Assembly (NCBI GenBank): GCA_963761305.1
Contig: CAVXGK010000001.1
Location: 1,024,001-1,088,000, forward strand
Origin: an uncultured Gemmatimonadaceae bacterium
Lineage (GTDB): Bacteria; Gemmatimonadota; Gemmatimonadetes; Gemmatimonadales; Gemmatimonadaceae
Direction: 5' to 3'
DNA length: 64,000 nucleotides
Below the pieces are notes generated by a model, which saw only the letters and a list, made by a program, of their open reading frames with translations, ran no database searches and was not told the origin of the DNA. A program made the translations under genes and the position numbers. Shown one piece after another: positions 49,273-58,831 of the stretch (its first letter is position 1; the number at the start of each line of letters is the position of its first letter).

Positions 49273-51993
49273 GTGTGGTTCGATCTTCGTCCCGGAGTGC
49301 GCCGGTGGTTCCGGCTGCCGCTGTTCTCACGCACCGCGGCTCGCCGCGACGTCGACGACGAGCTCGACTCGCTCATCGCGAGCCGCGTCGATCATCTGGT
49401 CGCGCAGGGCATGTCGCCGCTCGATGCGCGCGCCGAAGCGCTCCGCCGACTCGGCGCGTCGCTCGACGACGCGCGACTTCAACTCCAATCCTCCGCCGAA
49501 CATCGGGAGCGCCGAATGCGATTCACCGAATGGCTCGAAAGCGTGATGCAGGACGTGCACTACGCGGCCCGCGGGTTGATTCGGCGCCCGGCGTTCACCG
49601 CCGTCGCCGTGCTCACGCTCGCCATCGGCGTCGGCGCGACGACCGCCATCTTCAGCGCCGTGAACGTGCTGTTGCTTCGGCCGCTGCCCTATGCCCGCCC
49701 TGACGAACTGATGCGGGTGTCGCTCACCGTGCCGCCGCGCGACGGTCAGCCGGGGCGCGACAACATGGTGTGGTCGTACCCGAAGTTCGCCGTGTTCCGA
49801 GACGCCCAGCAGGTGTTCGGCGATCTCGCGCTCTACACCGAGTCGCAGGTCACGCTGACCGGCGGGGCCGACGACGTCGAGCGCGTCACGGGCGAATACG
49901 TCGGCGCGAGCTATCTTCGCGTGCTGGGACTCGCGCCGTCGCGCGGGCGTGATTTCGATCGCGCAATCGACGCGCACGCCGGCGCTCCTCGCCAAGCGAT
50001 CATCTCGTACGCGCTCTGGCAGCGCAGATACAACGCCGATCCGTCGGCCATCGGTCGCACGATCGACATCGACCGCGACGTGTGGACGATCATCGGCGTC
50101 GGTCCGCGTGACTTCCGCGGATTGTCCGGCGACGCTGATCTTCTGTTGCCGCTGACGACGCAGCCCGCCGAGGAATTGCAGCAACCGCAGTCGCACTGGC
50201 TCGCGCTCGTCGGGCGTCGCGCACCGGGCGTCAGCGAAGCGCAAGCGGAAGCCGCGGTCACGATGCTCGGCTCGCGTGTGAACGACGCGTTTCCCAATCC
50301 CGTGGACAAGTTGAAGTGGGGCGCCAAGGCGTCGCCGCTCAACGATGCGCGTCTCGCCCCATCGATCAGGCGTTCGTTGCTCGTGCTGTTCGGCGCGGTG
50401 GGACTGGTGCTGCTCATCGCCTGCGTCAACGTCGCCAACTTGTTGCTCGGCCGAGCGAGCGCGCGGAAGCGCGAGATCGCGGTGCGCGTCGCCATCGGCG
50501 CCGGGCGCGCGCGTCTCATCCGACTGCTCCTCACCGAGAGCCTGCTGCTGGCGGGCGTCGGTGCGGTGGCGAGCGTCGCGGTCGCGTGGATCGGCGTTCG
50601 CGCGCTCGGCACGGTCGATCCCGCCACGACGCTGCGCCTGCCGCGCGGGGATAGTGCCATCGGCGCCGTCGCGTTTTCGTCCATCTCGCTCGACTGGCAC
50701 GCGCTCGCGTTCACGTTCGTCGTATCGCTGCTCGTCGGCGTGCTGTTCGGGCTGGCGCCCGCGCTCGGTGCCGCGCGCGAGTCGTTCGCCGGTGCGCTCA
50801 AGGGCGATCGCATTCTGGGCGCCGGCGCCGGTCGACGCACGTTGGTCGTCGCCGAAGTCGCGCTCGCGCTCGTGCTGCTCGCCGGCTCCGGGCTCATGAT
50901 CCGCAGCTTGGCCAATCTGCTCGCCATCAATTCCGGGTTCGACGGGAGCGGCGTGCTCACGTTCCGTCTCACACTGCCGCCCGGCAGCGTGCCGCGCGAT
51001 TCGATGCCCGGTTTCTATTCGCAGCTGATCGATCGCGTGCGCGCGGTCCCTGGCGTGACCGACGTCGCGCTCGACAACTGTGCACCGACGGGCGGTTGGT
51101 GCAGCCGGACGGGCCTCGAGCGGATCGGTGTCCCCGGCTCGGACATGATGCACTCGTCGATGATTGGTGCCGACTTGGTCACGCCCAACTGGTTCTCCGT
51201 CATGCGAGTCCCTGTGAAGCGCGGCCGCGTGTACACAGCGGCGGACCGCATCGGAGCGCCCAAAGTCATCGTCCTCAACGAAGCGGCGGTGAAAACGTTC
51301 TTCGGCGCCGACGATCCCATCGGCAAGCGTATCAGCATCGGCATGGGTGGCATGGACAGCGCCGAGGTGATCGGTGTCGTCGGCGATGTGCGTCAACAAC
51401 CCGACTCCGCCCCGGGACCGGATGCTTACATATCGTACCTCCAGTCTCCGCGGCCGGGGTCGATCGTGTTCGTCCGTACGGCGCGCGACCCCGCGACGAT
51501 CGGCCAGGAAGTTCGGCGCGCCGTGCACGACGTCGCACCGCAGCTACCGGTGTACGACATGTTGACGATGCGTGAGCGCGCGTCCGCCGCGACCGCGCAA
51601 GCTCGCTTCCGCGCCGTGTTGCTCGCGCTGTTCGCCATCACTGCGCTTTCGCTCGCGGTCGTCGGGATCTACGGCGTCATGTCGCTCGCCGTCACCGCGC
51701 GCACGCGCGAGATGGGCATTCGCATCGCGCTCGGTGCCGAGAGCGGACGCGTGCAGCGGCTCGTCATCGGCGAAGGGATCGGACTGGTGAGCGTCGGCGC
51801 GGTGATCGGAATTGCCGGCGCGCTCGCGGCGACGCGCCTGCTGCGCACCTTCCTGTTCGATCTCTCGTCGAGCGACCCGCTGACGTACGCGGCGATCGTC
51901 GTCGTGCTCGGCGGGGCGGCGATCGCGGCGAGCTGGATCCCGGCGCGACGTGCGTCGAAGGTCGATCCGGTGGTGGCGCTGCGAGCCGAGTAG
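49273..51993 (+). CDS. ADOP-family duplicated ABC permease with N-terminal prefix domain
   Basis: GTG 2 bp after the padR stop; DVDDELD...GMS..AR.EA.RRLG prefix; IACVNVANLLL; PARRASKVDP. Confidence 0.93.
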   Translation: MWFDLRPGVRRWFRLPLFSRTAARRDVDDELDSLIASRVDHLVAQGMSPLDARAEALRRLGASLDDARLQLQSSAEHRERRMRFTEWLESVMQDVHYAARGLIRRPAFTAVAVLTLAIGVGATTAIFSAVNVLLLRPLPYARPDELMRVSLTVPPRDGQPGRDNMVWSYPKFAVFRDAQQVFGDLALYTESQVTLTGGADDVERVTGEYVGASYLRVLGLAPSRGRDFDRAIDAHAGAPRQAIISYALWQRRYNADPSAIGRTIDIDRDVWTIIGVGPRDFRGLSGDADLLLPLTTQPAEELQQPQSHWLALVGRRAPGVSEAQAEAAVTMLGSRVNDAFPNPVDKLKWGAKASPLNDARLAPSIRRSLLVLFGAVGLVLLIACVNVANLLLGRASARKREIAVRVAIGAGRARLIRLLLTESLLLAGVGAVASVAVAWIGVRALGTVDPATTLRLPRGDSAIGAVAFSSISLDWHALAFTFVVSLLVGVLFGLAPALGAARESFAGALKGDRILGAGAGRRTLVVAEVALALVLLAGSGLMIRSLANLLAINSGFDGSGVLTFRLTLPPGSVPRDSMPGFYSQLIDRVRAVPGVTDVALDNCAPTGGWCSRTGLERIGVPGSDMMHSSMIGADLVTPNWFSVMRVPVKRGRVYTAADRIGAPKVIVLNEAAVKTFFGADDPIGKRISIGMGGMDSAEVIGVVGDVRQQPDSAPGPDAYISYLQSPRPGSIVFVRTARDPATIGQEVRRAVHDVAPQLPVYDMLTMRERASAATAQARFRAVLLALFAITALSLAVVGIYGVMSLAVTARTREMGIRIALGAESGRVQRLVIGEGIGLVSVGAVIGIAGALAATRLLRTFLFDLSSSDPLTYAAIVVVLGGAAIAASWIPARRASKVDPVVALRAE

Positions 51994-52014
51994 CGCGGCG
52001 CTGCCACGGCGTCT

Positions 52015-52530
52015 CTACGCGCTCGCGTACGTGAGCGCGCCGCCGACGATTCGCGCCGGCGGCGCCAATCGGTGAAGCTCCGCGGCTCCCTCGTCGCGAA
52101 TGTGTTCGACGCGCACGCCAAGCGAAGTGAGCACGTCGGCGATGATCCGGCGATGACAGCGCCACCACAGCAGCTCGGCGCACATGATCGCCGTGCGCGC
52201 GCCGGCGGCGATCATCAAGAGCTCGAACAGTCCGTCGGCGAATTCCGGAGTTGCGACGTGGTCCGCGTAGCCGCGAAACGCCGGATGTCTCCATCCGGTG
52301 TTCGGTGAGTCGGCACTCGTCCGACGCCGCCCCCCGAGCGCCGGGATCCAGCAGTAGTCGATGTCGTGGGTCGCGAGACGACGCGCCAGACGAGACGGGT
52401 TGAACTGCGGCGCACGTCGCGATCCGGGGAATCGGCGCACGTCGACGAGCGTCTCGATCCCATGCGCCTCCAGCACGGCGATGAGCTCATCCGACTTGCG
52501 CGTCGAATGGCCTAGGGTCCAGATCGTCAT
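52015..52530 (-). CDS. DUF488 family protein
   Basis: IWTLGHS.R, LVDVRRFP.SR, LGG.R, FRGYADH, MCAE..WWRCHR. Confidence 0.92.
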   Translation of the reverse strand: MTIWTLGHSTRKSDELIAVLEAHGIETLVDVRRFPGSRRAPQFNPSRLARRLATHDIDYCWIPALGGRRRTSADSPNTGWRHPAFRGYADHVATPEFADGLFELLMIAAGARTAIMCAELLWWRCHRRIIADVLTSLGVRVEHIRDEGAAELHRLAPPARIVGGALTYASA

Positions 52531-52635
52531 GTGCCGCCAAGCTGAGACGCGTAGCAGTTGGCGTCGGACTGGCGCGGCGCGTCGATGGGTCGTACTTCCC
52601 ATAGGAAGCGTTCCAATCCAACTCGAGGGATTTTC

Positions 52636-53496
52636 ATGGCTCGCCGCACGCTACCGAGGCCGATCGTCCTGTTCGCCATGCTCGCCACGCTTATCACGGC
52701 GTGTGCGACGAAGACGCCGTCGTCGCCGGCGCCGGTCCAGGCCGGATCGCACGACATGGCATCGATGCCTGGCCACGACATGTCCGCGATGGGGTCGCAC
52801 TCCGCCGCCGAGCAGGCGTTCCTCTTCCCTGACGGCGACGACAAAGGCTGGTCGAAGATCGAGAACGGCACGCAGCACAACATGGCGCCGGAGATTCCAC
52901 TCGCCAAACTGGCGCCGGCGACGCGCGTTGAGCTGCTGCGCCAACTCGCGCTCACCATGGACGTCATCAGGAAGTATCCGACCGTCAAGGACGCCGAAGC
53001 CGCGGGCTATCGTCGCGCCGGTCCGTTCATCCCGGGGCTCGGCACACACTACGTCGGCGGGCGCACGAGCCGGGGGACCGCGCTGACCGACGACGACATC
53101 CTGCATCCGTCGACGATCATCTACAACGGGAACAAGCCGGCCTCGCCGATCGTCGGGTTCATGTACATCTCGAGCGTGATGGCGGGCGCGCCGGAACCGG
53201 AGGGATTCGCCGGACCGAACGATCATTGGCACTATCACATGGGCATCTGTCTCGTGCGCGGCGCGAACGGCGCGCAGGAGGCGCTCGGTTTCGACGGCAG
53301 CATCACGCAGGACGGCTGCAAGACGAAGAGCGGCAACTGGGTGGCGACGACGCAGTACCTGTTGCACGTCTGGACGGTGCCGGGCTACTCGAATCCGCTG
53401 GGCGTGTTCGCGCACGCGAATCCGGCGCTCACGTGCGGCGACGCCACGTACTACACCGACGAGCACGACATCACCAATCAGTGCAAGGCGCCGTAA
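52636..53496 (+). CDS. Hypothetical lipoprotein with His/Met-rich linker
   Basis: Lipobox ITAC; HDMASMPGHDMSAMGSH; GLGTHY, WHYH..IC, LHVW, NPLGVFA..NP. Confidence 0.78.
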   Translation: MARRTLPRPIVLFAMLATLITACATKTPSSPAPVQAGSHDMASMPGHDMSAMGSHSAAEQAFLFPDGDDKGWSKIENGTQHNMAPEIPLAKLAPATRVELLRQLALTMDVIRKYPTVKDAEAAGYRRAGPFIPGLGTHYVGGRTSRGTALTDDDILHPSTIIYNGNKPASPIVGFMYISSVMAGAPEPEGFAGPNDHWHYHMGICLVRGANGAQEALGFDGSITQDGCKTKSGNWVATTQYLLHVWTVPGYSNPLGVFAHANPALTCGDATYYTDEHDITNQCKAP

Positions 53497-53850
53497 CGGC
53501 CGAGCAAACATTTATTGTAGGACTCGTATGACGGCCGGCGCTCGAAGGGAGCCCGGCCAGCCGATCTCGGCGCCGTCGGTCGCCCCTCGCGGGCGCGGAT
53601 TGTCGGCGAACGCGTGAAACGGGGCTTGCCCCCGGGGGTTGCCACAGTCTGAACCATTCCCGCCGGGCCGAGTCCCGGACCGTCGAGCGGCGCGGCGGTC
53701 AATCGATTACCTTGTAGGATGCTGGCGAGCGGCTGTGAGCCGCTCCTTTCTCCAGTCGCCTGGCGTGCGCGGCCAGCCGGCTCCCGAGAGTCGCCCGGAT
53801 CCAGCGTTCTTCGTCCTCGAGGACGCCGTGCAACCGCCGCGACGACAGGA

Positions 53851-54792
53851 ATGACGACTTTCGCGCACGATCTCGCGATCTCCGCCGTCCCGTACGACAC
53901 GATTCTCGTCGGGGAGCTGGCCGACAGACTCGCGCCGCGCTTGAAGACCACGCCCGTGTGGGCCGGGCATTCGACGTCGGTGCCCTCGGACGCGACGTCG
54001 ACACTGCTGGCTGATTCGGCGCGCGTCGCGCTCGTGTTGCACCAGCGCCTCTGGTGTCACGACCTCGCGACGCAATCCGACGATGCGGCGCTCCGCGTCC
54101 GCCTCCGCGACAATCCGGAATCCGTTCGCGTCGTCACGCTCGACCATTCGCCGCTGCCCGACCTGTTGGCGTCGGCCGAGCGATGCGACTTCGCCACCGC
54201 CGGATTGGATGGAGTCGCGCAGTTCGCGCTCGACGCGATCACGGCATCGGGCGGCACCGTGCGGCGCGCAATGCCGGAGCCGGTAGCACCCGGCGAGGTG
54301 AAACACGGATGGTCCCAGGCTCCGCCGCCCTACCTGGCGCAGCCGCGTGCGTTTTCATCGCTGCGCCGCGAGCTCGACGCGATCGCCACCGAGTCGGAGT
54401 CTCACTTGCAAGACGCGCGAGGGCATTTGAGCGATCGCATCATCGAGATGCACAACATTCCGAATCGCATGCACGCGCGCATCGGCGACATGGCGATCAG
54501 CTTCTCATGGGTATCGGGCGGTCTCCGCGCGGTGTCCGATGGGCGCCTACTCGTCATCGAGTGGGGAGGCATTGCCCCGCACATCAAGGGCATCAAGGCG
54601 CTCAATGCGGCGACGGCGATTCGAGAGCGCGTGTACCAGGCCGAGAGCACCGGCCCCGACAACTGGCGTTGGCGCGGAGACGAGCCGAACGGCCGCGCGT
54701 GTTCCACGACAAACCTCGTCGCCGAGTGGTTTGCCGCTGCCTCGATCGCCATGTCCGACGTGACCGCTGCATCGGCCTCGGCGGTGGCTTAA
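53851..54792 (+). CDS. Hypothetical protein with degenerate TIR-like N-terminal domain
   Basis: HDLAIS...D..LV.ELADRL...ARVALVL....W......DDAAL...VRVVTLD resembles a TIR alpha/beta pattern. Confidence 0.55.
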   Translation: MTTFAHDLAISAVPYDTILVGELADRLAPRLKTTPVWAGHSTSVPSDATSTLLADSARVALVLHQRLWCHDLATQSDDAALRVRLRDNPESVRVVTLDHSPLPDLLASAERCDFATAGLDGVAQFALDAITASGGTVRRAMPEPVAPGEVKHGWSQAPPPYLAQPRAFSSLRRELDAIATESESHLQDARGHLSDRIIEMHNIPNRMHARIGDMAISFSWVSGGLRAVSDGRLLVIEWGGIAPHIKGIKALNAATAIRERVYQAESTGPDNWRWRGDEPNGRACSTTNLVAEWFAAASIAMSDVTAASASAVA

Positions 54793-54845
54793 GAAGATGC
54801 TAACGCGTTTCGGCGGACCCAGTCGCGCCGGCGCGCGTTCGCGGT

Positions 54846-55053
54846 TATATTTCATTCAAGCGACACAAGCGCCTTGCGTTTTCGAATGGTCCCCCGGGGT
54901 CTGCCGATGTGCGAGCAGATCCCTTTTTCATTGTGTCGCGAGCAGTTCGCCGTCGGCGGACTCCCCATCGTGAGGGGCTGATCACGAGCACGTTGTGTCG
55001 GTCGGTACGGCAGCTCCGCACTCCCTACACAGCACATCACCAGGAGCAAGACA
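54846..55053 (+). promoter_or_regulatory. Candidate -10 box (TATATT) and long structured 5' leader of the cold-shock operon
   Basis: About 200 nt non-coding leader; GCGACACAA/TTGTGTCGC pairing; GGGGTCTGC/GCAGATCCC hairpin followed by T5. Confidence 0.55.
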
Positions 55054-55266
55054 ATGCGTTCGACTGGCACCGTAAAGTGGTTCAACGACGACAAGGGCTT
55101 CGGCTTCATTACGCCGGAGAACGGAACGAAGGATCTCTTCGTCCATCACTCCGCCATCCAGGGCAGCGGCTTCAAGTCGCTCGCCGAAGGTGAGCGCGTC
55201 GAGTTCGACGTTGTGCAAGGACAGAAGGGCCCGGCGGCCGAGAATGTGACCAAGTTGGCTCGTTGA
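55054..55266 (+). CDS. cspA: Cold-shock protein
   Basis: [42 protein letters not shown]. Confidence 0.97.
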   Translation: MRSTGTVKWFNDDKGFGFITPENGTKDLFVHHSAIQGSGFKSLAEGERVEFDVVQGQKGPAAENVTKLAR

Positions 55267-56282
55267 GCCAACCCCTCGCATCCCCCGCCTCGGCGGACTG
55301 GCGCCGCGCGGTCGAGCCGTACGTCGGCCCGAATGCGCGGCGCGCGTCGCTCCAACTGGCGACGACGCTCATCCCACTCGCACTGTCGATGTGGGCGATC
55401 CATGCGCTGGTGAATTGGTCGTTGCTCGCCGCGCTGCTCCTCGCTCTCCCGACGGCCGGCCTGTTGGTGCGCACGTTCATTCTCATGCACGACTGCGCCC
55501 ACAGCTCCTTCTTCGCCTCACGCCGGGTCAACGACACGGTCGGCTTCATCACCGGCGTGCTGACCCTGACGCCGTTCGCCCAGTGGCGGCGCGATCACGC
55601 GCTGCACCACGCGTCGTCGGGCGACCTCGACCGGCGCGGGCATGGTGACGTCCCGACGCTCACGGTGCGCGAGTATCTCGCCAAGTCACCGCGCGCACAG
55701 CTCGGCTATCGGGTCATTCGCCACCCGGCGCTGCTGCTGCTCGGCGGGCCGTTTCACCTCGCGATCAACCAGCGGCGGCCGGCCACCGGCACGTCGGCGA
55801 GCGTGAGCCAACCCGCCGCCGTCTGGAAGACGAACATCGTCTTGCTGGTGCTGTTCGCCGTCGCGTTCGTGACGGTGGGATGGAAGAGCGTCGTCTTCGC
55901 GTATCTGATCCCGTATTACATCGCGGCGATGGCGGGCGTGTGGCTCTTCTACATCCAGCACCAGTTCGAGGACGCGTACTGGGCGCCGCACAACCGGTGG
56001 GACTACGTGGAGGCGGCGCTCCGCGGGAGCTCGCATCTGCGGTTGCCCTACGTGCTGCGGTGGTTCACCGGGAGCATCGGGCTGCACCACGTCCACCACG
56101 TCGCGCCGCGGATCCCGAACTATCGGTTGCAGTCGTGTCACGACTCCAACGCGATGTTTGCGAAATCGCCGGTGGTGACGGTTCGTTCGGGCACGGCCGC
56201 GCTGCGGCTGGCGCTCTGGGACGAGGACAGGCAACGCTTGATTCGGTTTGCCGATCTCACGCCTCGCCCCCAGGAGGCGTGA
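55263..56282 (+). CDS. Membrane fatty acid desaturase (Bacillus Des-like)
   Basis: His boxes [28 protein letters not shown] overlaps the csp stop. Confidence 0.93.
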   Translation: MSQPLASPASADWRRAVEPYVGPNARRASLQLATTLIPLALSMWAIHALVNWSLLAALLLALPTAGLLVRTFILMHDCAHSSFFASRRVNDTVGFITGVLTLTPFAQWRRDHALHHASSGDLDRRGHGDVPTLTVREYLAKSPRAQLGYRVIRHPALLLLGGPFHLAINQRRPATGTSASVSQPAAVWKTNIVLLVLFAVAFVTVGWKSVVFAYLIPYYIAAMAGVWLFYIQHQFEDAYWAPHNRWDYVEAALRGSSHLRLPYVLRWFTGSIGLHHVHHVAPRIPNYRLQSCHDSNAMFAKSPVVTVRSGTAALRLALWDEDRQRLIRFADLTPRPQEA

Positions 56283-56488
56283 TGCCGGAGATCATTCTGA
56301 GCGAAACGGATCGCATCGATTGGGCGCTCAAGACGTTCAAGCGCCAGGTGCAGAAGTCAGGCGTGCTGCGCGAGCTGCGGAAGCGGCGGCACTACGTGAA
56401 GCCGAGCGCGGCCCGACAACTCAAGTCGAAAGCGGCGCAGCGTGCGCGGAACAAGGCCGCCAAAAAGTCCGCGCGACCCTCGCGTTGA
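56282..56488 (+). CDS. rpsU: 30S ribosomal protein bS21
   Basis: ID.ALK.FKRQVQKSGVL.ELRKRRHYVKPS; ATG overlaps the desaturase stop. Confidence 0.93.
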   Translation: MPEIILSETDRIDWALKTFKRQVQKSGVLRELRKRRHYVKPSAARQLKSKAAQRARNKAAKKSARPSR

Positions 56489-56535
56489 CGATCGGATCGC
56501 CGCGCCACCAGCGCGCGTCTCTCATAGAGGCTTGA

Positions 56536-56754
56536 ATGAAGGAAGAAGCAATCGAGATCGAGGGTGTCGTGTCGGAAGTTTTGCCGAGCGCGATGTTCCG
56601 CGTGGACCTCGCCAACGGCCACCGGCTGCTCGCGACCGCCGCCGGCAAGATGCGGAAATTCCGCATCCGGATTCTCGCCGGCGATCGCGTCACCGTTGCC
56701 GTCTCGCCGTACGACCTGGACCGCGGCCGCATCACCTTTCGCCACAAAGTTTGA
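56536..56754 (+). CDS. infA: Translation initiation factor IF-1
   Basis: [22 protein letters not shown]...GKMRK.RIRIL.GD.V.V..SPYDL.RGRI.FR. Confidence 0.97.
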   Translation: MKEEAIEIEGVVSEVLPSAMFRVDLANGHRLLATAAGKMRKFRIRILAGDRVTVAVSPYDLDRGRITFRHKV

Positions 56755-56764
56755 CGAGGACACC

Positions 56765-57007
56765 ATGAAGATTCCCGATCACGTGAACGCACGATGGGTT
56801 GCCACGCTCGCCGACGATCAGCTCCTCGCGGCCGAATCCAAGTTGCACGCCGATTTCCGAAAGCACGAAACGGTGGAGAAAACGCGGAGCGGAGCGCGGT
56901 ATATCCTGCTCCAGGGACCACCGCAGCTCGTCAGCGCGTGGCACCGGTGGCTGCTCGTCAGCAACGAGACCCGTACGCGCGGCCTGAACGTTCGGCACGC
57001 GCGCTGA
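56765..57007 (+). CDS. Small hypothetical protein (80 aa)
   Basis: GAGGA RBS 10 bp after the infA stop; plausible helical sequence. Confidence 0.7.
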   Translation: MKIPDHVNARWVATLADDQLLAAESKLHADFRKHETVEKTRSGARYILLQGPPQLVSAWHRWLLVSNETRTRGLNVRHAR

Positions 57008-57098
57008 GCGCGCGAGGGTCGGTCTAGTTCCTGGCCGACTCGCCGCCCTTCGACGTGTCTTGGGGGTCGCGCCGCATAGCGTGCGTCCCGCAAGGCGT

Positions 57099-57797
57099 CT
57101 AGGCCAGGATGTTCACCGCCCGCGCCGCGACCAGCGCCAGCGTCAGAAGCGAGACAGTCGCTTCGAGCATCATCAATAGCTTCATCCGGCGCGACAGCGG
57201 CAGCGTATCGGTCGGTGAGAACGCCGTCGAGGTGTTGAACGAGAGAAAGAGATAGTCGACATAGCCGGGCTTTGCATCAGCGCCGATGGTCCCCGCCGGG
57301 AGCATCGTCTGCGGAAAGATGAACTCGGATCGTCCCCGGTGGTCGCGCAGGTCGAGCCACGGGCCGCCACGATCCAGCACCCAGTACCAGATCGAGAACA
57401 CGATGACGTTCGTGGCCCAGATGTTCAGCGCGTCCAGCAGCAGCGCGCGGCCATTGTGAGTCCTTCCGCCAAGCAGGGCCGCCACCAGCAACAGCAGCGC
57501 CCGAGAGTTGGCGAAACTGATGACCACGATGAGCGCCAGCCCGAACGCACGGTTGAATCGGCGGTACGAGTTCGCCGATTCCCACTGCTGGCTCGTGTGC
57601 GCGCGCCATGCGAGCCGTTCCGCGCGAAGCGTCGCCGTGGTCAGCGGCACCAACAGGATGATCTCGAGCACGGGCGCCAGCCAGCGGCTGCCGTATCCAA
57701 AATCATTGATGAGCGAGAACTGCAACGTCACGACGACCGCGGCGGCCCCGCGCACCAGCCAACGGTCGAGCGTCTCTGGGTGAACGTCGTCGGACAT
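57099..57797 (-). CDS. DUF1345-like membrane protein
   Basis: IWATNVI.F..WYW.LDRGGP, F.FPQ, DYL.LSF.TSTAFSPTD.LPLS, ARAVNIL. Confidence 0.85.
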   Translation of the reverse strand: MSDDVHPETLDRWLVRGAAAVVVTLQFSLINDFGYGSRWLAPVLEIILLVPLTTATLRAERLAWRAHTSQQWESANSYRRFNRAFGLALIVVISFANSRALLLLVAALLGGRTHNGRALLLDALNIWATNVIVFSIWYWVLDRGGPWLDLRDHRGRSEFIFPQTMLPAGTIGADAKPGYVDYLFLSFNTSTAFSPTDTLPLSRRMKLLMMLEATVSLLTLALVAARAVNILA

Positions 57798-57817
57798 GTC
57801 GCCCGAATCGACGCTCC

Positions 57818-57856
57818 GACGACGCGTCCCTGGCTATGGCACGATGGGCGTAGCGC
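57818..57856. repeat. Direct repeat copy A (39 bp) flanking tonB
   Basis: GACGACGCGTCCCTGGCTATGGCACGATGGGCGTAGCGC, matches 58794-58831. Confidence 0.85.
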
Positions 57857-57879
57857 GGCGCCGCGATCGGCCCCGAGGT

Positions 57880-58692
57880 TTATGGCCGCTCGCGAATCTC
57901 GAAACGAAAGTTCTGTTGCACGAGCTGGGGCACGACGGTGCCGGCGAGCCTGGCTGGGAAAAAGCGGGCCCGCCGCAGCGACGCGCGGATTGCATCCATG
58001 AACAGTTGGTGAACGTGCGACCTGAACTCGATGCTCGGCTCGTTGACTTTGCCCGTGCTATCGACGACGAACTGCACGTTGACCTCGGCCTCGATCCCCG
58101 CGGCACGGAGCGACTCGGGGTAGCGCGGCTTCGGGTTACCGGGCCGCGGCGTGACCTGCTCGTCGACCAGGTCCGGCGTGTAGATCCCGTTCTTCGCCAC
58201 CGGCACGATCGGGGCGAGGTCGCTCAAGCGCGCCGCTCCCTTATTGAAATCGGAATCGGCGACTGCCGTCGGTGCGGTGGTGTCGGCTTCCACTGCGCGC
58301 ATCACCTCGGCGATATCGAACGCCGGGTGAATGTCGGCCAGGCCATGTGTAACGGCGTCGAGCGTTGCTTTGAACGCCGCCGAGTGCGTCCGCACGTCCT
58401 CGTGTCCGCCGCCCGGTGAACCTCTCCGCGCCTCCTTCGCCGATCGTGCAGACGCATGCAGCTCCCGGGTCGCCGCCGGAGCCATGTCGGTTGGCGCCGG
58501 TGTGAGGTATCTCAATTGGATCACGAGCGGAGCCGCTTGTCGCACTCGGATCCACCCGTGCGAATTCGAATCGGTGCCGCGTGTCGCCATGACCACGGCG
58601 GCGATCACAACGGCGTGAGCGACCACACTGGCGGCCACCGGCACTGATCGAATGCGCCGTGCCGGACGCGAGCCGAAGAGTTCTCGAAGCAT
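57880..58692 (-). CDS. tonB: Energy transducer TonB family protein
   Basis: N-terminal anchor SVVAH; C-terminal PRYPE.LR.AG.E.EV.VQFVVD.TG.V...RF.PA...G..V. Confidence 0.88.
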   Translation of the reverse strand: MLRELFGSRPARRIRSVPVAASVVAHAVVIAAVVMATRGTDSNSHGWIRVRQAAPLVIQLRYLTPAPTDMAPAATRELHASARSAKEARRGSPGGGHEDVRTHSAAFKATLDAVTHGLADIHPAFDIAEVMRAVEADTTAPTAVADSDFNKGAARLSDLAPIVPVAKNGIYTPDLVDEQVTPRPGNPKPRYPESLRAAGIEAEVNVQFVVDSTGKVNEPSIEFRSHVHQLFMDAIRASLRRARFFPARLAGTVVPQLVQQNFRFEIRERP

Positions 58693-58793
58693 GCTGCCAA
58701 TCCTTCACGTCATTATTCGCCGAGAGGGATGGCACAGCGCACGCCGGACCGACGTCGATTCCCAGAATTCCTCGTCGAGCCGCGGATCGTGCG

Positions 58794-58831
58794 GACGACG
58801 CGCCCTGGCTATGGCCCTATGGGCGTAGCGC
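58794..58831. repeat. Direct repeat copy B (38 bp), overlapping the sigma factor stop codon
   Basis: GACGACGCGCCCTGGCTATGGCCCTATGGGCGTAGCGC. Confidence 0.85.

Noticed and set aside
57818..58831. Diversity-generating retroelement TR/VR pair or prophage att sites
   Set aside because: No reverse transcriptase, integrase or phage genes. The repeat is short and the enclosed DNA is only tonB.
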